Assembly: GCA_045589435.1 (NCBI GenBank)
Contig: JAZNPB010000008.1
Location: 21,478 to 85,477 of the forward strand
Source: Eubacteriales bacterium
Lineage (GTDB): Bacteria; Bacillota; Clostridia; Oscillospirales; CAG-272
Reading direction: 5' to 3'
DNA: 64,000 bases
The notes under the pieces are model-generated. The model was given only the letters and a program-made list of their open reading frames with translations, ran no database searches and was not told the DNA's origin. Positions 52,777-62,815 of the stretch are shown here, in pieces. Numbering within the stretch: the stretch's first letter is position 1; every line of letters begins with the position of its first letter. A program made the translations under genes and the position numbers.

Positions 52777-54063
52777 ATGGAAAGAACTTATATTAAAGAC
52801 ATAATCCCCGGTTACCACAAGGTGCAGGGTTTCGTTGAAAACTTCCGTAATAAGAGAACTATGGCTTTCATCGTAGTAAAGGATATTACCGGAAAGCTCC
52901 AGGTTACTATCGAAAAAGAGAAGCACCCCGAAATGCTTGAGATGCTTGATAGCCTTACCATTCACTCCGTTGTTACCTTTGAGGGTGAGGTTGTTGCCAG
53001 CGAGTACGTTAAAATGGGTGGAAAGGAAATGTATCCCGATAAGATGAGAGTTGAATCTATTGCAGATGCTCTCCCCATTAAGGATGACTCTGATATCGAT
53101 CACAAAATGGACTTCCGTTGGATCGACCTTCGCCGTGATGCTAACCACCTTATGCTGGAAATGCAGACCACGCTTACAAACGCAATGCGAGAGTTCCTCG
53201 TTCAGAGAAACTTTGTTGAGATCCATACACCAAAGCTTATTGCTGCAGCTAGTGAGTCCGGCTCCGACGTATTTGAGGTTAAATACTTTGACGGCAAGGC
53301 ATATCTTGCACAGTCCCCACAGTTCTATAAGCAGATGGCAATGGCAGCAGGTCTTGAGAGAATTTTTGAAACAGGTCCTGTTTTCAGAGCAGAGAAGTCT
53401 TATACTAACAAGCACGCTACCGAGTTCACAGGCTTCGACCTTGAATTTTCTTATATCGAGTCCTTTGATGACGTTATGAAAATGGAAGAAGAACTTCTTG
53501 CATATGCTCTTGAAAAGGTAGCTGAAAAGCATGGTGAAGAAATCAAGGCGCAGTACGGTCTTGAGGTTATCGTTCCAAAGCTTCCTTTCCCAAGAATGAA
53601 ACTTGCAGACGTTTACAGCGAGCTTGAGGCAAGATACGGTTTCAAGGTTCCGGACGAGCTTAAGGGCGACCTTACTACAGAGGCAGAGCGTATGACTCGT
53701 CAGCTTGCAAAGGATATGTTCGATCACGAATTCCTCTTCATCACAGATTATGATGCAAAGGAAAGAGCCTTCTACCACATGAGAGATGAAGCAGGCGTTC
53801 CTCAGGGTTACGACCTTATCTGGCGTGGTGTAGAGATCACAACAGGTGCGCAGCGTGAACATAGATACGACGTTCTTAAGGCACAGGCAGAGGAAAAGGG
53901 ACTTGCGGAAGACGTTAAGTTCTATCTTGAGTTCTTCAAGTACGGCTGTCCTCCTCACGGTGGCTTCGGTCTTGGTATTGACCGTCTTACCATGCTCTTC
54001 CTTGGTCTTTCTATCAAGGAAGCAGAGTTCTTGTTCAGAGGACCTAATCGTCTTACCCCATAA
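52777..54063 (+). CDS. aspS: Aspartate--tRNA ligase, archaeal/eukaryotic-type class IIb (428 aa)
   Basis: OB-fold N-terminus. Motif 2 FRAEKSYTNKHATEFTGFDLE. GVEITTGAQRE. Motif 3 GCPPHGGFGLGIDRL. C-terminal FRGPNRLTP. Asp versus Asn specificity inferred from size and the C-terminal pattern only. Confidence 0.75.
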   Translation: MERTYIKDIIPGYHKVQGFVENFRNKRTMAFIVVKDITGKLQVTIEKEKHPEMLEMLDSLTIHSVVTFEGEVVASEYVKMGGKEMYPDKMRVESIADALPIKDDSDIDHKMDFRWIDLRRDANHLMLEMQTTLTNAMREFLVQRNFVEIHTPKLIAAASESGSDVFEVKYFDGKAYLAQSPQFYKQMAMAAGLERIFETGPVFRAEKSYTNKHATEFTGFDLEFSYIESFDDVMKMEEELLAYALEKVAEKHGEEIKAQYGLEVIVPKLPFPRMKLADVYSELEARYGFKVPDELKGDLTTEAERMTRQLAKDMFDHEFLFITDYDAKERAFYHMRDEAGVPQGYDLIWRGVEITTGAQREHRYDVLKAQAEEKGLAEDVKFYLEFFKYGCPPHGGFGLGIDRLTMLFLGLSIKEAEFLFRGPNRLTP

Positions 54064-54276
54064 ATTTGTGGAATAATTTTGGCGGATATTTCAGAAACCT
54101 GTCTACCAGGTCGAATCGCTGTAGCCTTCTGCAGCTTTATCTCTTTCGCTGGGATCCCTTCATCTGCGCCTGAAATTCTCCTCACAAATCACTCTAAAAA
54201 GAGCCAAAAAGTAAACTATAATTTATATTATCCCCGATTTTTCGACAAAAAAGAAAACTAATAAGGATATAACAAA

Positions 54277-54915
54277 ATGAAAATTGCACTTATAAATGAA
54301 AATAGCCAGGCGGCAAAAAACTCCCTTATTGAAACAACTCTCCGTTCAGTAGTTGAGCCTCTCGGTCACGAAGTTTTTAATTACGGTATGTATTCTGCAG
54401 AGGATAAGGAACAGCTGACTTACGTTCAGGTAGGTATCCTTTCTGCCATTCTTCTTAACTCAGGCGCGTGTGATCTCGTTATCACAGGTTGTGGCACGGG
54501 CGAGGGCGCAATGCTCGCTTGTAATGCATTCCCTGGCGTACTCTGCGGCCACGTTGTAGACCCCACAGACGCTTATCAGTTTACTCAGGTAAATAACGGA
54601 AACGCCATTTCAATGCCTTTTGCAAAGGGCTGGGGTTGGGGATGTGAGCTTAATCTTCAGTACGTATTTGAAAAGCTGTTCGTTTCCGAATGGGGACTCG
54701 GTTATCCTCGTGAGAGAGCAGTTCCGGAGCAGAGAAACAAGAAGATCCTTGACGAGGTTAAAAAGGTTACTCACACCGATATCGTATACATTCTAGAGAA
54801 TCTTGATCGCGATCTTGTTCGCGGAGCTATCTCAACAAGAGGATTTTCTGACTACTTCTTCGCAAATTGCAAGGATGAAAGAATTGCAAACTGCGTAAGA
54901 GAGCTTCTCAAGTAA
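54277..54915 (+). CDS. RpiB/LacA/LacB-family sugar-phosphate isomerase-like protein
   Basis: Family-like core DLVITGCGTGEGAMLACNAFPGVLCGHVVDPTDAYQFTQVNNGNAISMPF. Confidence 0.55.
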   Translation: MKIALINENSQAAKNSLIETTLRSVVEPLGHEVFNYGMYSAEDKEQLTYVQVGILSAILLNSGACDLVITGCGTGEGAMLACNAFPGVLCGHVVDPTDAYQFTQVNNGNAISMPFAKGWGWGCELNLQYVFEKLFVSEWGLGYPRERAVPEQRNKKILDEVKKVTHTDIVYILENLDRDLVRGAISTRGFSDYFFANCKDERIANCVRELLK

Positions 54916-54934
54916 TTTTGCGTTTTATATAACT

Positions 54935-54992
54935 AAAAAATCCCGAAAATCAGATCTACGCTCTGTGCAGATCCGAAATTTCGGGATTTTTT
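54935..54992. terminator. Bidirectional terminator
   Basis: aaaaaatcccgaaa ... tttcgggatttttt, with A- and T-runs on the two sides. Confidence 0.7.
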
Positions 54993-55017
54993 ATTGATCT
55001 AATTTTGAAAGCTGAAA

Positions 55018-55775
55018 TTAGATAGCAGTGTAACCACCGTCAACAGGAAGAATAACGCCTGTAACGTAGGAGGATTCCTCTGCGCCAAGTAAGATTGCAG
55101 CGGAGTTAAGCTCACCCTCATGACCGTATCTTCCAAGTGGAACTGTAGCCTTCATGTAGTTTGTGAACATCTCTGTGTTAAGAGTGTCAACAGTAAGCTC
55201 GGTAGCGAAGTAACCGGGGCAGATAGCGTTGCAAGTAATGTTGTACTTTGCAAGTTCAGCTGCAACGGCTCTTGTCATGTTAACAACACCACCCTTGGAT
55301 GCGTGGTAAGCAACAGTGTCGATTGCAGGGTTACCTACAAGACCGTACATAGAAGCGATATTGATAATTCTACCGTAGTTGTGCTTCTTCATAATGTTAG
55401 CGAAAGCACGTGTTACGTAGAATACGCTTGTCATATCGGTGCTGATAGTGAAGTCCCATTCTTCGTTTGTCATACCGAGAACACCTGCGTTCTTTGCGGA
55501 ACCTGCGCAGTTAACAAGAACGTAAACCATGCCAAATTCCTTTTCAACAGTAGCAGCACCTCATCTACCATAGCAGAATCGGTAACGTCGCACTTCAAAG
55601 GAAGAACACGAACACCCATTGCGCGAAGCTCCTCTGCAAGAGCCTCAAGCTTTTCAAGTCTGCGAGCTGTAATAACCAGGTCTGCACCCTGTGCAGCATA
55701 GCCACGTGCCATCTGTGCGCCAAGGCCGGAGGACGCGCCGGAAACTACTACAACTCTACCTTTGTAATTGAACAT
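55018..55775 (-). pseudogene. SDR-family oxidoreductase interrupted by a 1-nt frameshift (or sequencing error)
   Basis: N-terminal part is MFNYKGRVVVVSGASSGLGAQMA...CDVTDSAMVDE (ATG 55775, RBS gggaga). After about nt 55558-55564 the continuation is in another frame: (G)AATVEKEFGMVYVLVNCAG...IASMYG...YHASKGGV...PVDGGYTAI, which is ORF 55018..55530. Confidence 0.8.
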
Positions 55776-55891
55776 GATTTTTTCTCCCAAATAAAAAAGT
55801 ATTTTGTCTAAAAAGACAGATGTATTATATCGTATGTTAAATTAAAGTCAATGTTTTTCAATAATATTTTCTAAAAAGCCGCAGCCATAAG

Positions 55892-55925
55892 AAAAGCTCC
55901 CCAAAACATATAGGGAGCCTTTTAT
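55892..55925 (-). terminator. Probable terminator after the pullulanase gene
   Basis: aaaagctccc-caaaacatata-gggagcctttt. On the minus strand the stem is followed by cttttctt. Confidence 0.45.
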
Positions 55926-56008
55926 AAAAACTAAAAAGTAAAATATCAATAATTTGTTCATTTATAGAAAATATGCAATAAATGTAAAATATGATTTACA
56001 TTTTAAGG

Positions 56009-58165
56009 CTATTTAACGTAAACTCTGATGCTTATAGCTCTGACAGTTGCAGAAGCTTCTTTTCTTATAACATCAGCCCCCGCATGATTTTCATCTGCTA
56101 TAAGACCCCATTCTTCGCCAAAACTGATATTGAAATCCTTGTGTTTTGGATTGATAATGACCTTTACTTCCTCTGTGCCGCCTTTCTCATAAGTGAGAAT
56201 TACAGCACCGTTTGCAAGCCACTCGTATCTGATATTTGTGTCTTTGTCAGTGAAAATGCCTAGTCCGCGGCGCATATTTATAAGCCCCTTATAGTAGAGC
56301 ATTGTGCGATAGGGAAGTGTGCCTTTTTTCAGACAAGACCAGTCCATGTTATTGATCTTATCGCTAGCGTTATAGCTATTTTCATCGCCATACTTTGTGC
56401 GAAGCATCTCCTCGCCCGCCTGCCAAAAAACAGAGCCTTTTGAGATCATCATGATAGCAGCGCCAAGCTTGTTCATCTCTGCCTTTGCCTCATCCGAGTC
56501 CTTTGGATTAGAAAGAGCTAGCTTATCCCAAAGAGAATAGTTATCGTGCGCGCTCATGTAGTTGACTACCATTGAGGAGGGGACACTCCAGCCATTTTCC
56601 CCTGCAATAGCACCACCGTTGATACCAAACCAAACAGAAGCCCAGCTCTTGTGATCAGCACCGCCGTTTACGTATCCGGGAGCACCTTCCTCGAAAACAC
56701 TACCCTTAAGTCCGTCACGAATAACGTCGTTAAATACGGCAATACCACCAATTGCATCGCCGGTAGGAAGGATCTCTCCGATCATTTTCTGATTTGCTTG
56801 CTTAACACCACCGATAGTAGCGCCCATATTCCAGCCTTCACCATAAATGATGGCGTGTGGATTGATTGTATGAGTAATAGCCTCAACCTTTTGCATAGTT
56901 GCAAGGTCATGAAGTCCCATAAGGTCAAATCTCAGTCCGTCAAGATGGTATTCGCGAACCCAATAAGCGCATGAATCAACCATGTATTTACTAAACATAG
57001 CTCTCTCGGACGCGGTATCGTTTCCACAGCCTGAAGCATTGGTGTTTTTTCCGCCTATGGTATATCTATAATAGTAGTAGGGAACAGTCTTGTTTAAGTT
57101 GCTGTTCGCATCGTATGTATGATTATAAACCATATCCATAACAACGCCGATTCCTGCCTCATGGAGAGCTGCAACCATTTCTTTGTATTCCTTGATTCTG
57201 ACATCACCAGTGTAGGGATCTGTGGAATAGCTACCCTCGGGAGCATTATAGTTTTGTGGATCGTATCCCCAGTTAAAGTTACAGCACTTATGCTCATCAA
57301 CAGAAGCGTAATCATAAACAGGTAAAAGATGAATGTGAGTAATGCCAAGTTCCTTAAGGTAATCAATACCTACGGGCATACCATTCTCGTTTTTCAGCCC
57401 TTTTTCGGTAAAAGCGAGATATTTACCTTTGTAGTTGGATTTTTCGATCATATTGGAGAAGTCGCGAACGTGTACCTCCCAAATGATCGCATCGGAGTAG
57501 CTCTTAATGTCCTCTTTTACAGAGTCCTCATCCCAGCCATTGGGATTAGTGCGACCCAGATCAACAACCATTCCGCGCGCACCGTTAACGCCAACTGCCT
57601 TGGCATAAGGATCAACAGCCTCCTGTTTACCAACAACAGTGCTTACCTCGTATGTGTAGTAAACCCCGTGTCCTACGTTGGCAAAAGCGTACCAAACGCC
57701 TCTATCGCCACGCACCATTTCGATCTTCTGAAAGGCGTCGCATCCTTCACCTTCGCTAAAGAGATTGAGTACAACCTTGAAAGCGGTAGGCGCCCAAAGC
57801 TTAAAAGCAGTTCCATCATCGCAAATTACAGCACCGAGATCATCGCCGTCGTATACATATTTTTCCTTAAAGTATTCAGTATCGAAAATTCCGCAAGGAA
57901 TAGCGAAAGCCTCTCCGGTATCACCGATATCAACTCGATAGCAACCGGAAATATCCAAAACCTCGCAGAGCTTTACGCGGAAAACTCTGAACCAACCGTC
58001 AGTCAATCCGTCAGTAGCCCATCTTTCTTCTCTGGATTTAATTGCGATCTCGCGCTCTCCATGGAAAACGCGGATTTGATCTATATCAGCTACCATGTCG
58101 CCAAGAAATGCAACGTCGATAGCATCTCTATCAATAATATTAGCAAAAAAATTACCCGAAATCAT
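56009..58165 (-). CDS. pulA: Type I pullulanase (GH13)
   Basis: Pullulanase-specific NWGYDPQNYNAPEGSYSTDP plus GH13 regions GVVMDMVYNHT, GLRFDLMGL, IYGEGWN, NYMSAHDNYSLWD. No signal peptide is obvious at MISGNFFANIID. Confidence 0.88.
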   Translation of the reverse strand: MISGNFFANIIDRDAIDVAFLGDMVADIDQIRVFHGEREIAIKSREERWATDGLTDGWFRVFRVKLCEVLDISGCYRVDIGDTGEAFAIPCGIFDTEYFKEKYVYDGDDLGAVICDDGTAFKLWAPTAFKVVLNLFSEGEGCDAFQKIEMVRGDRGVWYAFANVGHGVYYTYEVSTVVGKQEAVDPYAKAVGVNGARGMVVDLGRTNPNGWDEDSVKEDIKSYSDAIIWEVHVRDFSNMIEKSNYKGKYLAFTEKGLKNENGMPVGIDYLKELGITHIHLLPVYDYASVDEHKCCNFNWGYDPQNYNAPEGSYSTDPYTGDVRIKEYKEMVAALHEAGIGVVMDMVYNHTYDANSNLNKTVPYYYYRYTIGGKNTNASGCGNDTASERAMFSKYMVDSCAYWVREYHLDGLRFDLMGLHDLATMQKVEAITHTINPHAIIYGEGWNMGATIGGVKQANQKMIGEILPTGDAIGGIAVFNDVIRDGLKGSVFEEGAPGYVNGGADHKSWASVWFGINGGAIAGENGWSVPSSMVVNYMSAHDNYSLWDKLALSNPKDSDEAKAEMNKLGAAIMMISKGSVFWQAGEEMLRTKYGDENSYNASDKINNMDWSCLKKGTLPYRTMLYYKGLINMRRGLGIFTDKDTNIRYEWLANGAVILTYEKGGTEEVKVIINPKHKDFNISFGEEWGLIADENHAGADVIRKEASATVRAISIRVYVK

Positions 58166-58265
58166 ATAATAACCCCTAAAATTTAATTGACCGCCAATAT
58201 TATACCAAAAAATAGAAGAAAAGTAAAGTGGTAATGTAAAAATAATTCAATAATCGAAAAAAAGC

Positions 58266-58303
58266 AAGCACTCGCCCTAAAATAGATGAGGCAAGTGCTT
58301 TTT
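58266..58303 (-). terminator. Hairpin with U-tract (works on both strands) between the pullulanase promoter region and an orphan small unit
   Basis: aagcactcgcc (58266-58276) pairs with ggcaagtgctt (58290-58300) with one mismatch. A6 lies upstream and TTT downstream on the + strand. Confidence 0.5.
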
Positions 58304-58750
58304 AGTTATGAGCATAATAGTCATTCAGAATCTTTCGTAGTGACAAATTTATATCCTTGAAGCAGGCTGACAAAAACCATACATTATATGCAATGTCAAT
58401 ACTGTTGGGTGGGGGGATCTTGATCAAGCGTAAATTCTGTAGGACATTGGCGCGGAGCTCCTTCAAATAAGATAAAAGCATCAAACAAATATTTTCTTAT
58501 AAAGTAATACCCTTTTCTTGACAAATTTGTTCAAATTTTACATAAAAAGATTCTCGAAAAAGCTTGCCACAAATTGGCAAAAAAATACGGTTTGAAAGTT
58601 AAAATTTCCATTTAGTTGAATATCTTATATATGTTAATACGTATTTTTTGTTGCAAATGTGACAAATTCAAGAAAAGTTTTCTGATTTTTCAAATACTGA
58701 CATGAATTGTAAAAAAGCATACTGGATTTTAGCGTTTTGGCTTGGTTTTA

Positions 58751-58784
58751 CAAAAAACAAGAGCGACCGCAAAGATCGCTCTTG
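58751..58784 (-). terminator. Intrinsic terminator of the AcnX operon
   Basis: Minus strand: caagagcga-tctttgcgg-tcgctcttg followed by tttttt. Confidence 0.75.
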
Positions 58785-58866
58785 AAAAATATTAATCATC
58801 ATTTTTAGTCTTTTTCAGGGAGAAAGGGGATCACCTTTGACGGTGGAAGGAGAATGCGAGAGCTGA

Positions 58867-59313
58867 TTATTCTTCAATCTCAACAACGCCATCCTCGCGA
58901 ACGTGGATGATCATGCCGTCTTTAACGTAATTTAGGAACTCATCACCGAGGCAATCTACAACGGGCATGGTGACGCCGTCAACCCAAACGTCTGCAAGAA
59001 CAGCACCTGCAGCAGCAAGAGAGTCGATATGGTTAGCGAAAAGCATACAAGCAGGGTTCTTATGGAGTGCGCAAGCGCAGTAGAGAACAAGACCGCCGGT
59101 TGTAGAACCGATAGTTTGTGGAAGACAGAGAGCCTTGTTGATAAGGGGCTTGCCGTTAAGCTCTGCATTGTTTTGGTCGCCGCATTTTACCTTCTTGTCG
59201 CCAAACTGAAGCGCCATCTGGAGAGAAGCGAGGGTGTTAAATCCCTGTGTGGTAACAACTGCCTCAGCAGTGCAAGTGCCGGGAGTTACAACTCTACCTT
59301 TGAACTGTTTCAT
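58867..59313 (-). CDS. Aconitase X swivel-domain subunit (DUF126 family)
   Basis: 148 aa. Pattern FKGRVVTPGTCTAEAVV..(small-molecule-binding loop)..LCLPQTIGSTTGGLVL..NPACMLFANHIDSLAAAGAVLA matches my recollection of DUF126. Sits 2 nt downstream of the large subunit. Confidence 0.6.
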   Translation of the reverse strand: MKQFKGRVVTPGTCTAEAVVTTQGFNTLASLQMALQFGDKKVKCGDQNNAELNGKPLINKALCLPQTIGSTTGGLVLYCACALHKNPACMLFANHIDSLAAAGAVLADVWVDGVTMPVVDCLGDEFLNYVKDGMIIHVREDGVVEIEE

Positions 59314-59315
59314 AA

Positions 59316-60590
59316 TTACTTACCTCCCTTTGTGATTGCGTGCAGGATCTCATCGTCCGTGTAATATCTTGCGCTTGTATATGTACGAAGCTTGTTGGAA
59401 GATGTAATAACGGGCATAGTCTTGCAAAGTGGATTATTCATGTACATGAGTGGGCAGATGTAAGATGTGATAACGCCGGTAGCCTTAAGGCGAGGAGCGT
59501 AATCGGTCTTTTCAAACTCTGCGAGAACTGCCTTTGGAGCAGTGAAGACTGTAGGAATGAGAACCTTTGCGTTTCCGCTTTCCTTGAGAGAAGCCTCAAC
59601 CTTGTCGGTCCAGTCCTTAAGCTGCTGGAGGCTCATGTGAGGGCAACCCATGAAGCAAAGCTTGGGTTTAGCATCAGGATTTTTCCAAATAACGGGATAA
59701 TCATTCTTAACTCTTTCAAGCTCTGCATCGTCGATAACGTACTCACGTGCGCCCTCTGCTATGAGAGATTCACCAAGCTCTACTGCCTCGGGAGTGAGAT
59801 TTGCAATGTGGTAAAGACCAACTGCGCCGTTAGAAGCTGTAGCAGCGCCGAAATCCTTAAGGTATGTGCAAGCAGATTCGTCAAGCTCTGTACCGAGCCA
59901 CTTGTCAAGACCTACAACGTAGGGAACGTCTTCCATAACCTTCATGCCGATAGCAGAACCGAGAAGCTGCGCTTCAGGTTTCTTTGTGGTGTTGATTCTT
60001 ACAACCCAAGTAGCCTTTCTGCCCTCATCAGTGAGAAGACCGAAGTAAGGAACGTAACCAACGATGGATCCCATAATATCGAGAATACCGGAGTTACGGT
60101 TGCATCTTGCGCCGAGAACGGAGTTAGCATAAACAACTGCCGAGGACTCTGCCCAGGAAAGAATGTCGCCCTTCTGTGGCTTGTTGCCAACCTGATCAAG
60201 GTAGCACGCACAGGTGAAAGCGTTGTCATCAAGAAGACCAAGCTCGTGGAGCTGCTTTTCATAGAAGTCCTGCTTTGTATACATGAACTTCTCGAAAACG
60301 AAGTTCTGAAGGAAGTTTGCAGGAACGTTTTTATCAAGAGGTCTCGGGTCAACAGAGAATTTCTGACCGGAAGCTACACCGGCGTCGAGAAGCTGCTGCA
60401 TAAGGTCGTATACAGGAGCCATAACCTTAAGACCAAATGAAGTTACAAGGTGGTTGTACTTGGATGTGATAGGTACGAGCTTTTCTGCGCCAAAGGCTTC
60501 ACCATACATAACCATAGTCTTCATAACCTTGGCCATGGTTTCGCCCTGCGCACCGTCAAGTATCTGCTGTTGCAATTCTGTAAGTTGCAT
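59316..60590 (-). CDS. Aconitase X catalytic subunit (DUF521 family)
   Basis: N-terminus MQLTELQQQILDGAQGETMAKVMKTMVMYGEAFGAEKLVPITS resembles the DUF521 opening (L..E...L.G..G......M......G..FGAE.LVP.TS). 424 aa. Confidence 0.6.
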   Translation of the reverse strand: MQLTELQQQILDGAQGETMAKVMKTMVMYGEAFGAEKLVPITSKYNHLVTSFGLKVMAPVYDLMQQLLDAGVASGQKFSVDPRPLDKNVPANFLQNFVFEKFMYTKQDFYEKQLHELGLLDDNAFTCACYLDQVGNKPQKGDILSWAESSAVVYANSVLGARCNRNSGILDIMGSIVGYVPYFGLLTDEGRKATWVVRINTTKKPEAQLLGSAIGMKVMEDVPYVVGLDKWLGTELDESACTYLKDFGAATASNGAVGLYHIANLTPEAVELGESLIAEGAREYVIDDAELERVKNDYPVIWKNPDAKPKLCFMGCPHMSLQQLKDWTDKVEASLKESGNAKVLIPTVFTAPKAVLAEFEKTDYAPRLKATGVITSYICPLMYMNNPLCKTMPVITSSNKLRTYTSARYYTDDEILHAITKGGK

Positions 60591-60630
60591 TTTATTTTCT
60601 CCTTTATAGGATTTTTGTAAATATTGGTTA

Positions 60631-60660
60631 GCATTTTAGCGGTTTTTGCCGCTAAAATGC
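60631..60660 (-). promoter_or_regulatory. Perfect 12-bp hairpin between the reductase and AcnX genes (no clear U-tract)
   Basis: gcattttagcgg-tttttg-ccgctaaaatgc. Confidence 0.3.
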
Positions 60661-60745
60661 GTTTGTTCTATTTTTAACAGTTTTTGAAATGTTCCATTTA
60701 ATAATCAAATTTGTTTTGGGATCCGAAGGAATTATCCTATCAGGA

Positions 60746-62815
60746 TCAGATCTTCATAGCAACGTCCCAAGCGCCCCAGATAACGGTTCTAAGGTTACCA
60801 ACTGCCTTTGCATCACCGATAACATGAACGTGTGCAGCCTTCTTTGCTACGGGAGCAGGGTTATAACCTACGGACATGATTGCGCTGTCTGCTGCGATGG
60901 TCTTGGAGTTGCCTTCCTTATCAACGATAACAACCTCTCCGTCACGGATCTCGGCAGTCTTATGCTCGAGGTGAACGGGAACCTTGTTTGTTTTGAAGAA
61001 GTCACGAAGGTAGCTTGTGTTAGCAAGGCAAATGCCCTTAGTTACGATGAGGTCGTCCATCATCTCAACGATCTGTGGCTTCTTGCCCTGGAGGTAAAGC
61101 TCGTATGCGATCTCGCAGCCTGTAAGACCGCCGCCAACCACAACAACGTTTTCACCAACGGTAGCATTTCCAAGAAGGAAGTCAACTGCCTCGATGGATT
61201 TTTCAACGCCGGGAATAGGAATTCTCTTTGCAGTTGCACCGGTAGCAACGATAACCTCGTCAGCACCGAGAGCCTTAATATCGGTAACCTCTGTATTCAT
61301 CTTCACTTCGATTGGGTATCTTGTGATCTCGCGTCTGTACCAAGCGATAAGATCTCTGTCCTTTTCTTTGAAGGAAGGAGTTGCAGCAGCAATAAATACG
61401 CCGCCAAGCTTGTCGCTCTTTTCGTAAAGAGTTACCTTATGTCCACGCTTCGCGCAAACGATAGCAGCTTCCATACCGCCTATACCGCCACCGATAACTG
61501 CAACGGTCTTTGCCTTCTTTGCGGGCTTGAGATTATATTTCTTTGTCTGCATGGTCTCGGGGTTGAGAGCGCAGCGGGAAAGTCCCATTGTATCTGTGAG
61601 ATCTTGGGTGTTAGCATGACCCTTGGAGGAGGAGAAGTTGAAGCATCCGCTATGGCAGCAAATACAGGGCTTGATGTCCTCAAGTCTGTCCTCGATAAGC
61701 TTTGTAACCCATTCAGGGTCAACGAGGAACTGACGTGCAATACCGACAGCGTCGATTCTTCCGTCCTCAACAGCCTTTGCGCCAATTTCGGGATCCATTC
61801 TACCTGCGCAAACCACGGGAATGTCAACGAATTTCTTTATGTGTGCAACGTCTTCAAGGTTGCAGTTTTCGGGCATATACATTGGTGGATGAGCCCAATA
61901 CCAGGAGTCGTATGTACCGTTATCCGCATTGAGCATATCATAGCCGGCATCCTGAAGATACTTGGCAGCTCTCTCGGATTCTTCCATGTTACGTCCAACC
62001 TCAACGTAGTCCTCGCCGGGCATAGCGCCGTAGCAGAAGTCTTTGAGTTTGGATTCAACGGAGTAACGGAGAGAAACTGGATAATCAGAGCCACAAGCTT
62101 CCTTGATAGCCTTAACGATCTCGGCAGCGAATCTGTAACGGTTCTCGAAGCTTCCGCCGTATTCGTCTGTACGCTTATTGAAGAATTCAATAGCAAACTG
62201 GTCAAGAAGATAACCCTCGTGAACAGCGTGAACCTCAACTCCGTCAACACCGGCTTCCTTACAAAGCTTCGCAGTCTTTGCAAATGCCTCGATTATCTCG
62301 TGGATGTGATGCTTGGAAAGCTCGGGGCACTCAATATCGTGAGCCCATCTGGACTTTTGAGGGCTGGGAGATGCAAGTTCGTGAGAAGTATCGAGAATTG
62401 GTTTGATCAGTGCGCGGGTAAACTTATTCTTATGGAGAGGAGCAACAAGCTCTGTAATAGCCCAGGAACGTCCCATACCTGCAGTAAGCTGAACAAAGAG
62501 CTTTGCACCGGTCTTATGGATCTCGTCCATATATACCTTAAGCTCCTCAAACATTTTGGGATTCTGCCAGAGCCACTTACCCCAGAATGTATCGCGAACG
62601 GGCGCAATACCGGGAATGATAAGACCTACGTTGTTCTGTGCTCTCTTGAGGAAGTGATTAGCCGCCTCCTTGTCAAAGTGACATCCTGTAAGCTCAAACC
62701 AACCAAAGAGGGAGGTTCCGCCTGTGGGACAGAGAACTATGCGGTTCTTAATTTCTACGTTACCTATTTTCCAAGGGGTAAACAGGGCTTCGTACTTTTG
62801 GTCCATGTTAGACAT
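60746..62815 (-). CDS. OYE/FadH-type NADH:flavin oxidoreductase (2-enoate / 2,4-dienoyl-CoA reductase-like) with Fe-S and FAD/NAD(P) domains
   Basis: TIM-barrel motifs PWKIGNVEIKNRIVLCPTGG, GVEVHAVHEGYLLDQF, RTDEYGGSFENRYRF. Cys cluster CICCHSGC. Rossmann motifs VAVIGGGIGGMEAA and VVVVGGGLTGCEIA. Confidence 0.85.
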   Translation of the reverse strand: MSNMDQKYEALFTPWKIGNVEIKNRIVLCPTGGTSLFGWFELTGCHFDKEAANHFLKRAQNNVGLIIPGIAPVRDTFWGKWLWQNPKMFEELKVYMDEIHKTGAKLFVQLTAGMGRSWAITELVAPLHKNKFTRALIKPILDTSHELASPSPQKSRWAHDIECPELSKHHIHEIIEAFAKTAKLCKEAGVDGVEVHAVHEGYLLDQFAIEFFNKRTDEYGGSFENRYRFAAEIVKAIKEACGSDYPVSLRYSVESKLKDFCYGAMPGEDYVEVGRNMEESERAAKYLQDAGYDMLNADNGTYDSWYWAHPPMYMPENCNLEDVAHIKKFVDIPVVCAGRMDPEIGAKAVEDGRIDAVGIARQFLVDPEWVTKLIEDRLEDIKPCICCHSGCFNFSSSKGHANTQDLTDTMGLSRCALNPETMQTKKYNLKPAKKAKTVAVIGGGIGGMEAAIVCAKRGHKVTLYEKSDKLGGVFIAAATPSFKEKDRDLIAWYRREITRYPIEVKMNTEVTDIKALGADEVIVATGATAKRIPIPGVEKSIEAVDFLLGNATVGENVVVVGGGLTGCEIAYELYLQGKKPQIVEMMDDLIVTKGICLANTSYLRDFFKTNKVPVHLEHKTAEIRDGEVVIVDKEGNSKTIAADSAIMSVGYNPAPVAKKAAHVHVIGDAKAVGNLRTVIWGAWDVAMKI

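Noticed and set aside
52684-53958. 424-aa antisense ORF opposite aspS. Similar long antisense frames lie opposite the AcnX large subunit (59340..60440), pullulanase (57329..58186), typA (38972..39688), fhs (46996..47577; 47697..48218) and pnp (50799..51609; 51919..52551).
   Set aside because: Where I checked the register (aspS and AcnX large subunit), these are the exact reverse-complement codon register of a confidently identified gene. None has an RBS or any recognisable motif. The explanation is the same avoidance of TTA/CTA/TCA.
54064-54276. A possible structured RNA in the 213-nt aspS to rpiB-like spacer (ctgtag-cctt-ctgcag hairpin, atttcag/ctgaaat pairing).
   Set aside because: The helices are short (6-7 bp) and not nested in a convincing fold. 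There is no U-tract or known riboswitch core. The evidence is insufficient without covariation data.
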